Part shown: in pieces, positions 1 to 13,442 of the stretch
Numbering within the stretch: position 1 is the stretch's first letter
Layout: the number at the start of each line of letters is the position of its first letter
NCBI GenBank assembly: GCA_905331295.1
Contig: CAJNYD010000015.1
Span: 124,001 to 188,000 of the forward strand
Length of the DNA: 64,000 bases
From: Rotaria socialis
Taxonomy: Eukaryota
Direction of reading: 5' to 3'
The notes under the pieces: generated by a model
What the model was told of the DNA's origin: nothing
Database searches by the model: none
What the model saw: the letters and a program-made list of their open reading frames with translations, nothing else
Position numbers and translations under genes: made by a program

Positions 1-1127
1 CACAAGAAATCGATCATCAATATTATAATCCAGAGCCATTTCCCGAAGTAAATTGTTTCACGTGACAAATCGACATGAATATTGCATTTCACTTTCTTTA
101 GAACGGCGACTGTAAGAGATTAACGGACGTTGGTTGTTATCAGAATTTAGACATTTCTTCAAATGAATATCGCCGTTCTCATCCAAGTAATCCGAATCAA
201 TCATTGTCTCAATACTATATACCGTGTGAATATTGTTTACAGTCGATAAATACCGAGGATTTCGATAGGCATAAAGTATATTCTATTTACTTATTCAATA
301 AGAAATTCATACTTCTTATCTAATTTCATAACTACGAAAGGAAATTTGCACTGTACAACGTCTTATAAGATCTTCCGCTAAGTATGTTAAAGTTCATGTT
401 CTGTATCTATATTATATCTCTCTATATTCAGAGCTGCTGCTAAACTACCACCTTTAGAAATAACATCATGCATAAATTGCGAAAATATGATACCGTTAAA
501 TATGTTTCACATTCATAAGGTAATATAAAAGATTAACAAAATGATTAATATTAACTAAATAATATTATCTCAAGAACACTTGTGATGGTAGCTCGGATTT
601 CCTGGATAATACGTCTCCAATTTCTCTGCAGAACCCAACAACAGGAAGCTGTATGTTGAAACTTAATGTTCCATGGATCTATTATAGAATTATTCTTAAT
701 AGATCAAACTATGACTTATTTAAAGCCTGTGCTACCTCCTTACTCTCAAACTCCAGAGAATATCTATCAAAATACAGCAATGATCAATTTACCGGTACAA
801 AATCCAACACCAATAGGTACGCTAAAAATATTTAAAACAACACTGTTCGATACTATTAGGGAGTACGTTTAGTTGATAGGCAATCTGAAATATCGAATCA
901 ATCGTCGATGCAAAATGTAAGTTGAAATTGACTGTTCATGCTGTAATAATCACAATTTGAAAATCATTTAATATTTGATAGGAATTTGAGACTATAACAT
1001 CGACGAAGCCACCAAAGTATGTTTCGACAAATATAATTACTTCTGTGTCTCTAAGTTAGCCATATATTCTTTTAGGACTGGCATACGAAAAACTTTATCC
1101 AAGCTTAAGCACAAAATTTTGCCATAG
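1..1127 (+). CDS. 3' part of a multi-exon gene with C-x2-C...H...C zinc-finger-like motifs (TRAF/XAF1-type resemblance); 5' end outside the window
   Basis: Short GT-AG introns separate in-frame exons reading IPCEYCLQSINTEDFDRHK (~218-274) and TSCINCENMIPLNMFHIHK/NTC (~461-583); last exon TGIRKTLSKLKHKILP ends in TAG at 1125-1127. Confidence 0.55.
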
Positions 1128-3446
1128 TTCAAAACCATCAATCATTTTTATATACCAGATTTTTATCGAAATTTTAAAGCAAATAAATAATCCATGTCAT
1201 GTACATATAGAAAGTAATTGTAATATTGTTTCACTTCAAGCAGAATATTAAATATATTTATGTATGGTAATATCTCATAAAATATTACCAGACCTTCCGT
1301 ATATCCTAGAAGAGAAAAATACGATCATAGAAATAAAAAGAAAATCCACTGCTATTGGCATTATTCAACGGCAACATACAAAAGTTATATTTTCGCATGT
1401 ACTTCACATGTATTTACTACATTTTATCTATAGAAAATGAACAACAATTTGAGTTATTGCTGAAGTAAACGAATCACGAATGGTCGGGAAAAACAAATAT
1501 CCATCTATTTTCTTTTTATGAATTACTAATTTTGTTGAAACTTCGATAATGGTTTCAGATATAGCAAGACGTGAAAATATGTATTAAATATTTCTCATAA
1601 ATATATATTATTAATTATTTTCGTGTGCAACTTTTTGTATAATCAATTATTAATCTAATTTCTCGATCAAATTCAATAAATTCACACGAATAAAAGCTAT
1701 TTATTGAAACATGTATTTTTGCTATGAGCTTCTCAGTGTTGTAAAAAAATATTTAGATAATTTCTTTCGCACATTACAGAAACAATATTCAGTGTTTAGA
1801 CTGTACTGCTGTAAGACACAAAATAAAAAATACGATTTGCATTAGCACGAATACTGTAAGCATAGTTTTTTTTCCAGTCTGTTTTATTATCCACAATGTC
1901 CTTTCCTAACAATAACAAATTTACAAATAAAAATTTGATACAGAAATATCTCGTGAGGACTTCTATATATCAATCAAAACAAAAGCAATTTATAATATTA
2001 AGCGATATTTTATCAGCATATCTTATATGAAGCTAATCATCATACAGTTAAAAAACTGTAAGGAAAAAGCACAACACGAATCTTTATCTCGCAATTAATT
2101 GCGCGGAAGACCATTCAAAATCAATTGAAGAAGAAACGCACGTACGAAAATACGAGAGATATTTTTCTTATCATTAATTTACGGATGCTGCTCAATAATG
2201 ATTCCATTCTCTAGATAATCGAGAATCCAAAAAGAATGCAGCATATAATTAGATCATTTATTCGTATGAGTAATCGAGCTAGTGATTATTTATTTTTTTA
2301 ACATTCATAATCTTAATATTTTGAAAATACAAATTAAAATTAATTGATGGTGATTACTGTTCAGATTTGATTGATTACATGAAAATTCTATAAGAAAAAA
2401 GACAAACATACAAATGATCATATTACACTGAATAAAATAATTGTACGAGTGCATATGTCATGTAGAGATTAGAAACGGAAGAACTTCAAAGAATAGTACT
2501 GCAAAATAAATCCTCTAACTTGCGTTTAGTTCCATTTTATTTAGCTTTAGTAGGCTAAAATGAGATAGTTCGATTTGCATGAGTTTTCACGGATTGAAAG
2601 AGAAAAAAAAATGTATTTCACGACGATGAACTTGCTTAGACAGCGAAACAGACTTGGAAATGTTTCCCAATAGGTGGAACTGTAAAATAGTTTACAGTGA
2701 TATTATTCATCATTTCTGTATTGTCTGTAAAAAATAATCAAGACATATCACTTTAGTTGTTTTTGATACAATTTAAGACTTTTTCTTCTCAGATTTGCAA
2801 TTTTTCTATTTCTTTTCTCAAATTGATTCTTTACCTTTAATTATTCTAATCTAGTGAATGTAATTTTTTACTCAAGAATAATATCAATGCAACGAGTGCG
2901 TACATTTTATCGATCACTCTTTGTCATTGGATTATGACCAACAGGAATGCGTGTGGTGTCATCAACGGCAGTACTGTCCATGTATGTTATAGTATTTAGG
3001 TGACCTTAAAGATGCATATAAATTGTTTCGAGTAGTTAAATATAATTTTCATGGAAATCCTTGAATTAAAAGTCAACAAATATAGAAAGATCGATGCTAT
3101 TAGAAAACGTGACTTGTTCAACTTGATTAGTATCGATTAGAATAGTCATACAACAAAAATCAATAAGTCATTAATCGGGGACGATCGTAGTAAAATTCGT
3201 TTCTTTCTTTTCTAAACAGTAAAAGATGTATTTTTGTTTGAACTCTACGTTTGTTATCATCATAAAAAGAAATTACTGTTGCACAATAGAAACACTACCA
3301 ACGATGCTATACTTCAGTATTAGTCTACAGTTAGTTTTATAGAGTAGACGATTCGAATAGTATTCAATCAAGAGTTTATTTGAGCTCATACGAGATTCGA
3401 GGCTGATTTTTATATGCGATATTCATTTTGATTACAGTCGTTGGAA

Positions 3447-3548
3447 AAAGCCAAATGTCAACACAGTACATTTTTTTTTATATAGAAGAGAAAGCCAAAT
3501 GTCAACACAGTACATTTTTTTTTATATAGAAGAGAAAGCCACATGTCA
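3447..3548. repeat. 44-bp tandem duplication (2 identical copies plus a partial third) upstream of the CYP
   Basis: aaagccaaatgtcaacacagtacatttttttttatatagaagag at 3447-3490 and 3491-3534, then aaagccacatgtca. Confidence 0.95.
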
Positions 3549-3747
3549 GCGACTCCTTCCATTCTTCGTCAGGGGATCCGAACGTGACCCTTTCTTGTTC
3601 TTTATTTTCTTTCTGTAGTTGTTTTTTTGTCTCGTATTTACCGCTGAATAAAAGTGACACCAAATTAAGCAATATAAAAAAAAGTCACGTACTTCTTTTA
3701 TCGAGTTCTGTAAACGCTACATATAGCTTACAAAGTTTTCGATTAAC

Positions 3748-5310
3748 ATGATATCAATTATATTCGTAACTCTTACAATACTGGTCATCGTACTTGTATA
3801 TATATATTTGAAACAATGTTACGTTCCACGACGGGATGATTTGCCAGGGGTACAGCCGCATATTTTTTTTGGTAACCTACTCAATTCCGGTATATTGAAA
3901 CAAGAATCGACATTTAATCAAGTCCTGATCGATTATCAACGCCGATTTGGTGATAAATTTCAATATTGGTTTGGCTCACATCGATGTTTAGTTTTTTGCC
4001 GAGTTGAACATGCTCAAGCAATATTTTCTGATCGTCATACTTTCGAGCAATCACCTTTATTTCTTCCAAACTTCGATCTTTTTTGTCCAAATGGCATTGC
4101 AATGTTGACCGGTGCTAAATGGAAACGACATATACGAGTTTTATTACCGATGCTAAAACGAGCAAAAATTGTGGGTCATTTAGCGATGATTACTCAATGT
4201 ACGGATCGCTTCATTGATCGATATCTTCATGCTGGTCAGATCCATCGTAATCTGTATGCAGCTTGTCAATCACTTACTATGAATGTAATCGGATTAATTG
4301 GATTTGACTGTGATTTCGATACCCATGTTGATTCACCGATCAAAAAAGCCTTTCTTGATTTCATTTTTCATAGCACATTACTGATGATGACACCATGGAC
4401 GCCTCGATGGTTAGGAAAGATCTATTTGAGATTTAATCGGAAATATCAAAGAGCCTATCAATTAGTTCATAAATTAGCAGAAAAATTGGTCAAACAAGAG
4501 CAAAACAAGCAAAGTGAAATAGAAGATGAGCGCCCGAAAACTCTGATCGCTTCGTTAGTGTCATCATTGAATGAAGAGGCTAACGATGAAAATATATCTT
4601 CTGGCCTAAATCATGTGGAAATTTTCGATGAAGTAGTGATGATGATTCTAGCTGGATATGATACAACATCGACCACTTTAGCTTGGTTCATTTTCTTCGC
4701 TAGTAAAAATCCTCGAGTACAACAACGGATGAAAGATGAACTACGCGAACATAACCTTATGATGACCGATGATCCAAACTATTTACCATCGTTAACACCG
4801 AATAATTTGGCGTCACTAACTTATTGTGAATATGTAACGAAAGAGGTTGGTTTTGTTTCGCAATGCTAGATTTTGTTTCTAATTTTCTTTTTTACTATCC
4901 AGGTATTACGTTTGGCTCCTACCGCGTCATTCACAACCCGTATAGCTACTCGTGACACCATTCTTGATGATGTGAAGATTAATCGTGGGCAAACTATTTT
5001 TATTGCACTACATAATATCAATACTGATGCTCGCTATTGGCATCATGCTGATCCTAAAGAATTTGTACCAGAACGATACTTAGCTGAGGATCAAAATCAC
5101 CATCCGTTGGCGATGATTACATTCGGCGGTGGACATCGAGCATGTATTGGACAAGAATTAGCTTGGTTCGAGTTAAAAGCAGCGATTGTTCGATTGATGC
5201 AACGTGGTATCACATTTGAGGATACACCAGAAAATACAGGTGGCTATGAGGAACTAATTACTTGTTTTCCAAAATCTTTGGCAGTACGTGTTCGCTTCGA
5301 GAAATCTTAA
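3748..5310 (+). CDS. Cytochrome P450 (microsomal type), 2 exons; intron 4846-4902
   Basis: N-terminal TM anchor and LPG hinge, WKRHIR, I-helix AGYDTT, ExxR (KE|VLR) split by the GT-AG intron, PERY, heme motif FGGGHRACIG. Confidence 0.95.
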
Positions 5311-6976
5311 TATTCTAAACTAGTAATGATTACCAGAAATACAAAACATAAGGTAGTGACTTGTCTTGCAACATTTATTATTTTATGTGGCTGCTTGCTG
5401 ATTAGTTTGCATAAAAATTATAATGCGCTTTTAATGAGAATCAAAGAGTTGTGCGTTTAATATTATATACTTCAGATTTTTCGTATTGCTCCTGATTTCT
5501 CAAAAGTAGATTATTCAATGATCATAGCAGAATCTCTCATAAAGGAATTATAAATTTCAATTATACGAGAGGCCAATGGGTTGAGGAATATTATCACTAA
5601 TGGTTATATGTAATCTTTTCCGGTGCAGTTTCAATGGCGAAAAGAACAAATAAATATTCTGTTGATTGAATCAACTGTACTTAACTCATCTCCTTATACA
5701 CGTAAGTATTCCAAAATCTCAAAATTTTCAAGATTAACCATAAAACAGACATTTTGGTTACTGAAAATCTTCATCATTCACAGCATTGCTAGGTTTCAGT
5801 TAGACTTTCCTTTTTTTTTTATATCATTTACATACAAAAGTAATGATATATACATATTAATATGGGCTGACGATAGGATGATGTGATCGTTAGTAAAAGT
5901 TAGTTTTATGGTTAAATGGATACTTGTAATCTTGACCATCATCATAATTGCGTGCTTCCCAGATATGCAAGTGTACAAAGAAATATCGCACTATGAAAGA
6001 TTTAGTTAGAAATAATCCTAGTTTTTACAGTTCATAGTTAAATCGATTATAATAGTACCAGGTCCTCTGGACGAATAAGCGTAACAATGACAGTATCTAT
6101 AGGAGATCAGTCTCAACAATGAGCATGAAGGAATAACTGCAATGATTAAATTCAGTAACTATTTGTATCACATAAATCTGTGACCATTCTCTGGTTGAAT
6201 TGGGCCAATATTCATCCGTTTGCGACGATAATGTATTTAATTGGATATATTATAATTTTTATATTGATTTGAAACACTACAACTTACCAAGTCAGTCTTG
6301 AATATGAAAGTATCGATTGAAAGTAGAGTTTTGTTGGCAAGAAGTAATATACGCATTGCATAAAGACATATGCAACATTATTTGATTTGGAAGAACTTTC
6401 TACATGTATTAAAAATACTTCATTTTATACTAATTCGTTCGAATTTTCATTCTAAGCAATTTGAAAAAATTCGAGAATTTCTAAAAACAGTTTCACATTC
6501 TCTTTAAAAATGAATAACTAATGAGGAACTTAAATTAAATAATTTTCAATTTTTTCGATCTTGTTTAGACATCTCATAGCTGCGTCTCATGAGATTAACA
6601 GAACCGTGGACACAGTTCAGATGATGTTTCTTTTATTTGCAAACTATAGGACATACACAAGGTCACAAATGAAAGCTAAATATTGGTTGTGCTCACTTCT
6701 TCGTTAATATTCTTTTGTGTATACCACATCCATTTTGCACTTATTCATGTTCTAATTTTTTTAAATATACTACTAGTATTCGGCGACTATGCCATTTTAT
6801 CAACCATACGCAGTAGAGAGCAATCGACTTTTGAAATCATAACAATGGATGTGATTATAACTGCTATAGGTGAGTTTATTTGGACATCTTCGTAAGTCAC
6901 ATATACTATATTACGAGTGCTTATGATTATGAATCTATATTTCTTATCTGATGTAGCTACAATACTGTGAGTTCCT

Positions 6977-7469
6977 TGTGACGACAGCAACGTCACTGGT
7001 CTTGTCTTGATGTTTGTTATATCATGTATGTTTATTCTCTCCTCTGTGTTGTTCTCTCTTGTTGTTTATTGTTGCGCTTGTTATTTTCAACATTTGGCAA
7101 CTTTTTCGTTTTTCGCGCTTAGATTCGGAAAAATGAGATATATAGTTACTCTCTTCTTCTCTTCAAGTTGCTTAGAAGCTTCTTGATATATCTCTCTTCA
7201 CTGAGATGTACCAATTTTTCTTTTCAACTTGATTGTTCTTTACAATCAATCTAACTCGATTGCCCCTTACAATCGTTCGAACTCGTGTCAGCTATTTGCT
7301 TGTGGAGTTCTTCTTATTCTCAACTATTTCTGTTCATTGAATGAACAATTGGATCTTCATCCAATGTTCAATACTATTTAATTTTCATTGTTGTCATTCT
7401 GCCATAACCAATACTGTGGCACCTGGCATTATTATTAGTTGCGTCTCTGATCTTCCTCAAGGCGTTACA
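6977..7469. mobile_element. Solo LTR of an LTR retrotransposon (493 bp)
   Basis: Starts TGTGACG and ends CGTTACA (TG...CA with short inverted termini); flanked by a perfect 5-bp TSD ttcct at 6972-6976 and 7470-7474; no internal ORF. Confidence 0.8.
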
Positions 7470-8299
7470 TTCCTATCTTAATTCGGATACAAGTACAGTA
7501 GTAGCATTTATCTCGTTTCTCTGTATTATTTTTCTATCTAGTTTTCAAAAATACACGTTCAGTCGTGAAGGTATTTTACTGGATAATGCAGTATCAACAC
7601 TATTGGATAATATAGAAAACATGTCAATTTAACTTCAGGAGATTTAATTGATCAAATAGAAATGTATGAGTTACAAATAAACGGTGAAATTGAACTTAAA
7701 TCATCTTGAAAATATGCTTATTTTTGTAACTATTGATACATATGACTTGATATTGTTTTATAGAACCGAAAATTAACAAATACTTGATATATGAAAAGTG
7801 AATTGAAAAGAAAACTCATTTTATTCTTGTTCTTTTTTGCATTCTATCAATTCTAAGAAGAGCAAAACGTAGTAATTTTCTCAAAACTATACATTTATCA
7901 AATTATAAGAATAAGATAATATGATTACTAGTTTATGTTATATAGCCAAGTATATTAAAAGCCGTGCTCGACTTTTATAATACATAATTTTATAGTGATA
8001 CTATAATTTATGTGCAAATTTTCGTATGCTTCACTGAATTATATTGGCAAATAAATAAAGAAAAACAATAGAACATAAAAAAAAGAGATTAAAATCTACA
8101 TGTCAACAAATGAGTTAGCTAACAGATGGTTGATCTTCAAGAAATAGAACACGTCTTACTATAGACGTATTTTATTTTCATTATTAAATTATAGAAAATT
8201 AGAAGATTTATCCATACATATTCTCTATTGAAAGAAGAAGAAGAAGAAGAAAACAAGAGGGAAGACTTCATATAGGTGTTAATAATTTTCACATTGTAA

Positions 8300-10076
8300 T
8301 TAAAGATTGGTGGTCGATACTTGTTGATCTAAATAAGAGAAAAAATATGATGTCATACAACATTTTGAAAAAACCTACCAATTGAATCGGTATTGTCAGT
8401 ATTTCTATCAAATACTTGTGAAGACTTTTTTTCAGAATTTATATCATTAATAATAGGTTCAATATGAACAATGGTTGGTAATGTTTGTAAGGTCATTGGA
8501 TAGTTTCGTTCCTGATACCAACGAAAAGACTTTTTGTCAAGTACAAGTAATTCAAGATCACGATGCTCCATGTGTATTTTTATCATGTTTAAGATTGTTT
8601 CATAAGTCAATGCTTGAATATTTGTACCGTTGACTTCAATAATTTGATCACCATCACGTAATCCACAAAGAGCTGCTGATGAATTTTTTCTTATATCAGC
8701 AATGAATATTCGACTAATCGAAAAAAAGAGAATACAATATTATTTGAGAAGCGAAACTAATTTTACCCAAGCTTTTTCGGATCTCCACAAAGAAAGAAAC
8801 CGTAGAACGATGATGATTGAAATTCTTGAATACGACAAAGTCTTGCAGTGGGTACGTCTTTTTTATAGCTATCCAATATATTGCTACATGAGTTTTCTGA
8901 TTATGAATAATGAAATGAAATATTCCATTTAATGGCAAACAAATACAACTTACTTAACGATGCCATTGAATTAGTTTTCTCCGACAAAGGTGCTTTAGGT
9001 GAAGAAGCAATTCCTGAATTTAAAATATATTTATACAATTCTATCATAGGAAAAGTATATTGTTCATTAAAACCTGTGCTTATTGACGGTAAACTTCCAA
9101 AGAGACTTTGATTGATAGTATTATGAAAGATGTTCGATTGATCTGGCAAATTAGTATAAATTCTGTTCATTATTTGTTGACTGAGACTATCCAATCGACT
9201 AATTATATGATTTTTATCCAAAACAGTTGTTGTACATGTTGTGCCCATTAAAATATTGTTATTATTATTATTATTATTATTACTGTTTTTATTGTTACTG
9301 TTATTTGATAAATTATTAACACTTGTTGTCTTATGTGTATCAATTGATGGTAGATAAATATCACTCGAACGACTATTAACAACAGATAATTCAACTGTTT
9401 CACGAGTGTGCATGGCAGAAATGAGTATATCAACCACCTAAATTACAAGATTATCACAAAACTAAGCTAAATTTCAATTATATCTGCTCTCGATTTCGAC
9501 ATGATTTATAAAAAGAAGAGCTACTTTCTTCTCACAAATACGTGAGCAATCAGAATTTTGACATGAATTTAAGATCACCTTTGGCACCGTTATTAGATGT
9601 GTGAATATTTGGTTAATCAAATAAAGAAAAACAGAAAATAACGAACCTGTTCATATTTTATATTTCTTACAAATCGACCATCAATTTCGATGATTTCATC
9701 ATTTATTTGTAAGCCAGCAGTATCAGCTGCAGAATTCTATTTTTATTTTCATAAAACATAAGAGAATGATACCATTACAAGTCTCATTGGTTTTTATTTA
9801 TACATACTTTTTCAACAGCAGTAATCGTATGATCATAATCATTTGTGGCACTAAGAATAAAACCAAGCCCTTTATTGCGTTCTATTTTGAGTACACATCG
9901 ACGTGGATCCCTAATATAATCATACAATCCATTAGATTGATTTGAGCAAATTGTATTGCATGATTGTGAAATACGTCGAACTTGTTCAGAAAGATTTTTA
10001 TCATGGCGAGTTGTCGGTAGTGATGATGTTAATGTTTTTGAATTCTTGGGATGTTCTATAGGAATATCATAATCCG
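8300..10076 (-). CDS. NHERF/PDZK1-like exons encoding two PDZ domains; no own start exon seen, possibly the alternative 3' end of the upstream PDZ gene
   Basis: Spliced exons read PRRCVLKIERNKGLGFIL...NSAADTAGLQINDEIIEIDG and ARLCRIQEFQSSSFYGFFL...SSAALCGLRDGDQIIEVNG; poly-Asn linker; stop TAA at 8302-8300; first exon opens with a phase-1 acceptor at 10077-10078. Confidence 0.85.
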
Positions 10077-10535
10077 CTACAAGAAAAAAGAAATAATCTT
10101 TTATTATTCCATTCGATATTTATCTTAGATATAATATCTAAAACTTGACAATTATCTCATAGCTAAGAGATAAACTCGAAAATATCAATGACAATCAAAC
10201 ATATTAATTGTATCCCATGAAGTTTTATTATATGTAAATTAGTGAAAAGAAGAAAAGATACAGTCTAATCTTAGGTAATTAAGTAACCTATTGTATTTGT
10301 GCTATTTTATAAATCTACGTGAAGGTCTTGATTGATTATCTTAATCTACAATAGGCGTAGTTATATAAAGCACTAGCATGCATTTATGATGTATACAAAT
10401 ATAAAAGAAGAGCAAACGAAATGTAGGAAGAAACTGCATTTTGTTTAAAAACCACAATCGTGCAAAGAAAGAAGAAAATAAAGTTTCAAAGATATGCTAA
10501 TATAGCTACATGCAAAATAATGGAAAAAAAACTGA

Positions 10536-13442
10536 TCACAAACGTTGAACTGATTTCTGAGTTCCAATGTTTTGAAAAATATTATTGATTGTATTTGATA
10601 TGAACTCTTTTATTGATTGATCAGTTGATGATTGGCTTGCTTCTCTTTGTTTTTTACTTGCTAAATTCTGGTCTACTGATGATGTATTCATTTGTTGAAC
10701 TGAATTCAGTACAGAATCAAGAGATATACATGGTGTTTCATGAAAAATAGAAGTATCGGTAGTATCATATGGATTGTTTGGTAATGAAATATCAGAGTCA
10801 ACTTTGGATTGAAAATTAGATGATACTTTATCGACTTGTTTATCTTCGGATTCTGCTGGTTTTGGTATAGAAAGACGATGTACATTAAATGTAGAAGCAG
10901 CATGTGTTATTTGTTCTGTACGATCGTCTGGGGTAAGTGATGATGTTGCAGTTATTGAAGGTAATTTTAATAAACTTGTGGATAATCGACAATTTGGAAA
11001 AATATGTTTTATTTTAATATCAGGTTGTTTGAATTTTTTGTTTGTTCTTTTGCAATAATCAAATACTTCTTTGTCAACAACAAGAATTTCTAATCGACCA
11101 TCTTGTTTACCTTTTTCAATTGCTTTTTTAACTTTCTCAAATTTTAAACCTTTTGTTTTACGATCATTGACTTTTAATAGTACGTCTCGTACTTGTAAAC
11201 CAGCACGTTCACCCGGTGATTTTATTTCAACATGTGATATAACTGGATATTCATAATCAGGATCTTCGGTTATTTCAAAACCGAATGTTATTGTTGGTTT
11301 CCCATCAGTAGTATTTGTTGCATGTAAATGACAAAGTCGTAATGTGTAAGATAATTCTTTAGTTCGTTGCCCTGAAAAATGAAATAATTTATTCAATATA
11401 TACGTAGAAGTAAATAATATTCCATGTAAAATAAAACTCGCCTTGGACATACTCCATGTTCGTTTTGTTGTAATCGACGAAAAGTTTATCTCGATTATAA
11501 GTAATGTATGAAGGAAGAAGTGATTGTCATCACAGCTTAAACAATGTGTGAGAGATAAAACAAGTTGACTAATCCTGCATTCATTTACTAAAGGACTAGT
11601 TTAAAGAATATTTTACAATAAGAAACAAAGAAAGAAAGAAAGATGAGTTAAAACAGACCTAATACGAAGATAAGAAATAGAGTAAACATAACGAGAAAAA
11701 AAGCTATTTCTATTCACAGAGTTTTGTTTGCATGAATAACTGACGATTAAAGTTTAAACTGGGATAGTGAAAGATAATTGAGCGATTTGGTTTTTTAAAT
11801 GAGAAGATTCTCATCTGTTTGTTTATTTTTTTTCTACATACTTTGATATTGTTGTACAGTGTTGATAGTGTTGGAATTTATTTCTTTTGAATCAACGATT
11901 AGAACATCACTATGGTCACTGTGTTGACTTGTCAATGATTTACTTTTTTCTTTTGTTTGATTTTCTTCTGATGATGATTGTTGATTAACAACCATTTGAA
12001 TAGTTTTTTGTTGAAGTGCTTCTTTTATTAATTGAACAGTATCTTTGTAACTTGTTTCAGTCAATGATTTTCCATTAACGGATAAAAGTATATCATTAAG
12101 TTTTAAACCAGCTTTTTCTGCTGGCGATTTATTTTCAATTTTACAAACAATATATGGTGGTGAATTCGTATTACTGATTGCAAAACCAGCTTTACGAGTA
12201 TTCGATATTTCCAGTACGCAAATACGACTCCCTATTGGAAAAGCATTCGTTGATATTTCAGGTCGAATGTTTGAAGGACGATGATCAAGACAAGAATATA
12301 ATGGTTCAGCTAAAATATAATCATATAGTAAACGAATATTCAATAAAACAAAGAAATGCATCAATTTCTATCAATGAACTATGGTGATAATGACTTTCAC
12401 GTAGGGAACAAGACAAATATTTAAACGAAAGAAAATTCTAATTTTAAAAATCCTACACAAAGAAAGATTCAACATGTCCTATCATGTTTATAACATATAA
12501 CTTACTTTGTTCTTCATTTTTATCATCTTCATTATTGTTTGATAGAATACTATTCCAATCGATAACATTATTTTCTTTATAATTTCTGTAGCGTTGCATA
12601 TCATTCTTATTAATTACTATTAAATCAATAGTTTGATTTGAATTTGTTAGTGTTTGAATAATCACTTTAACATCATTATGTGTCATTTGTTCAATATTCT
12701 TTTTATTAATGAATAGAATAACATCACCACTACGTAGGCCACTATTATAAGCTGGAAAATTAATTTTAACACCATCGGTCATATGAAGATTAGCTGTATA
12801 ACGCAATAAAAAACCTATCATTTTATAAGCGCTTTCTTTTTTAATAATACAATGTTTTATATTAACGGGACCTTGACTATCAAGAAATAAAATAGTATTC
12901 AAATCCTTTGATAGTTTTCTCTCTTTAGATTCATAATTTGATCGTGGCGAAGAAGTTGTTTTATTTAGATCGCTCTTAGTGCATTGAATTAAACTTAAAT
13001 ATTTTGGATCATACATAACTGTTAATTTTACTGCGGACTTATTCAGAATCATATTTCGGACATCTTCATGTGTATTATTTGTTATATCTAAACCGTTAAC
13101 TGTTAAAATGCGATCACCATCACGTAAACCAGCTTTGTAAGGTATTGAATATGGTTGAACATTACTGATAAAATGTATTTGAGTTTGATTGTTACCAGGT
13201 AGAAAAGAGTTGAAATCTAACCCTAATGCTTCTTTTAATTCAATATGACGAATATTATCTGTATTAGTATCATTAAATTGTAAAACCGAATATTCTTCAT
13301 ATATCGATGGTTTTTGAACATCGTCTTGGACTGACTTTGATAAATTACTCGAAGATGCAACAGCTATATTATTCGTTATTGGTAATGATGTTTTTTTAGT
13401 ATCAGTGATCGATGATGCTGATTTCTTTTGAATGGTATTCAT
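10536..13442 (-). CDS. Multi-PDZ scaffold (four PDZ domains, NHERF/PDZK1-like), 3 exons
   Basis: PDZ signatures AGLRDGDRILTVNG, SGLRSGDVILFIN, SPAEKAGLKLNDILLSVNG and SPGERAGLQVRDVLLKVND in ORFs 12453-13442, 11834-12364 and 10536-11450, joined by phase-1 introns. Confidence 0.9.

Noticed and set aside
3447..3548. CRISPR-like repeat
   Set aside because: Adjacent identical units with no spacers, in a eukaryotic context.
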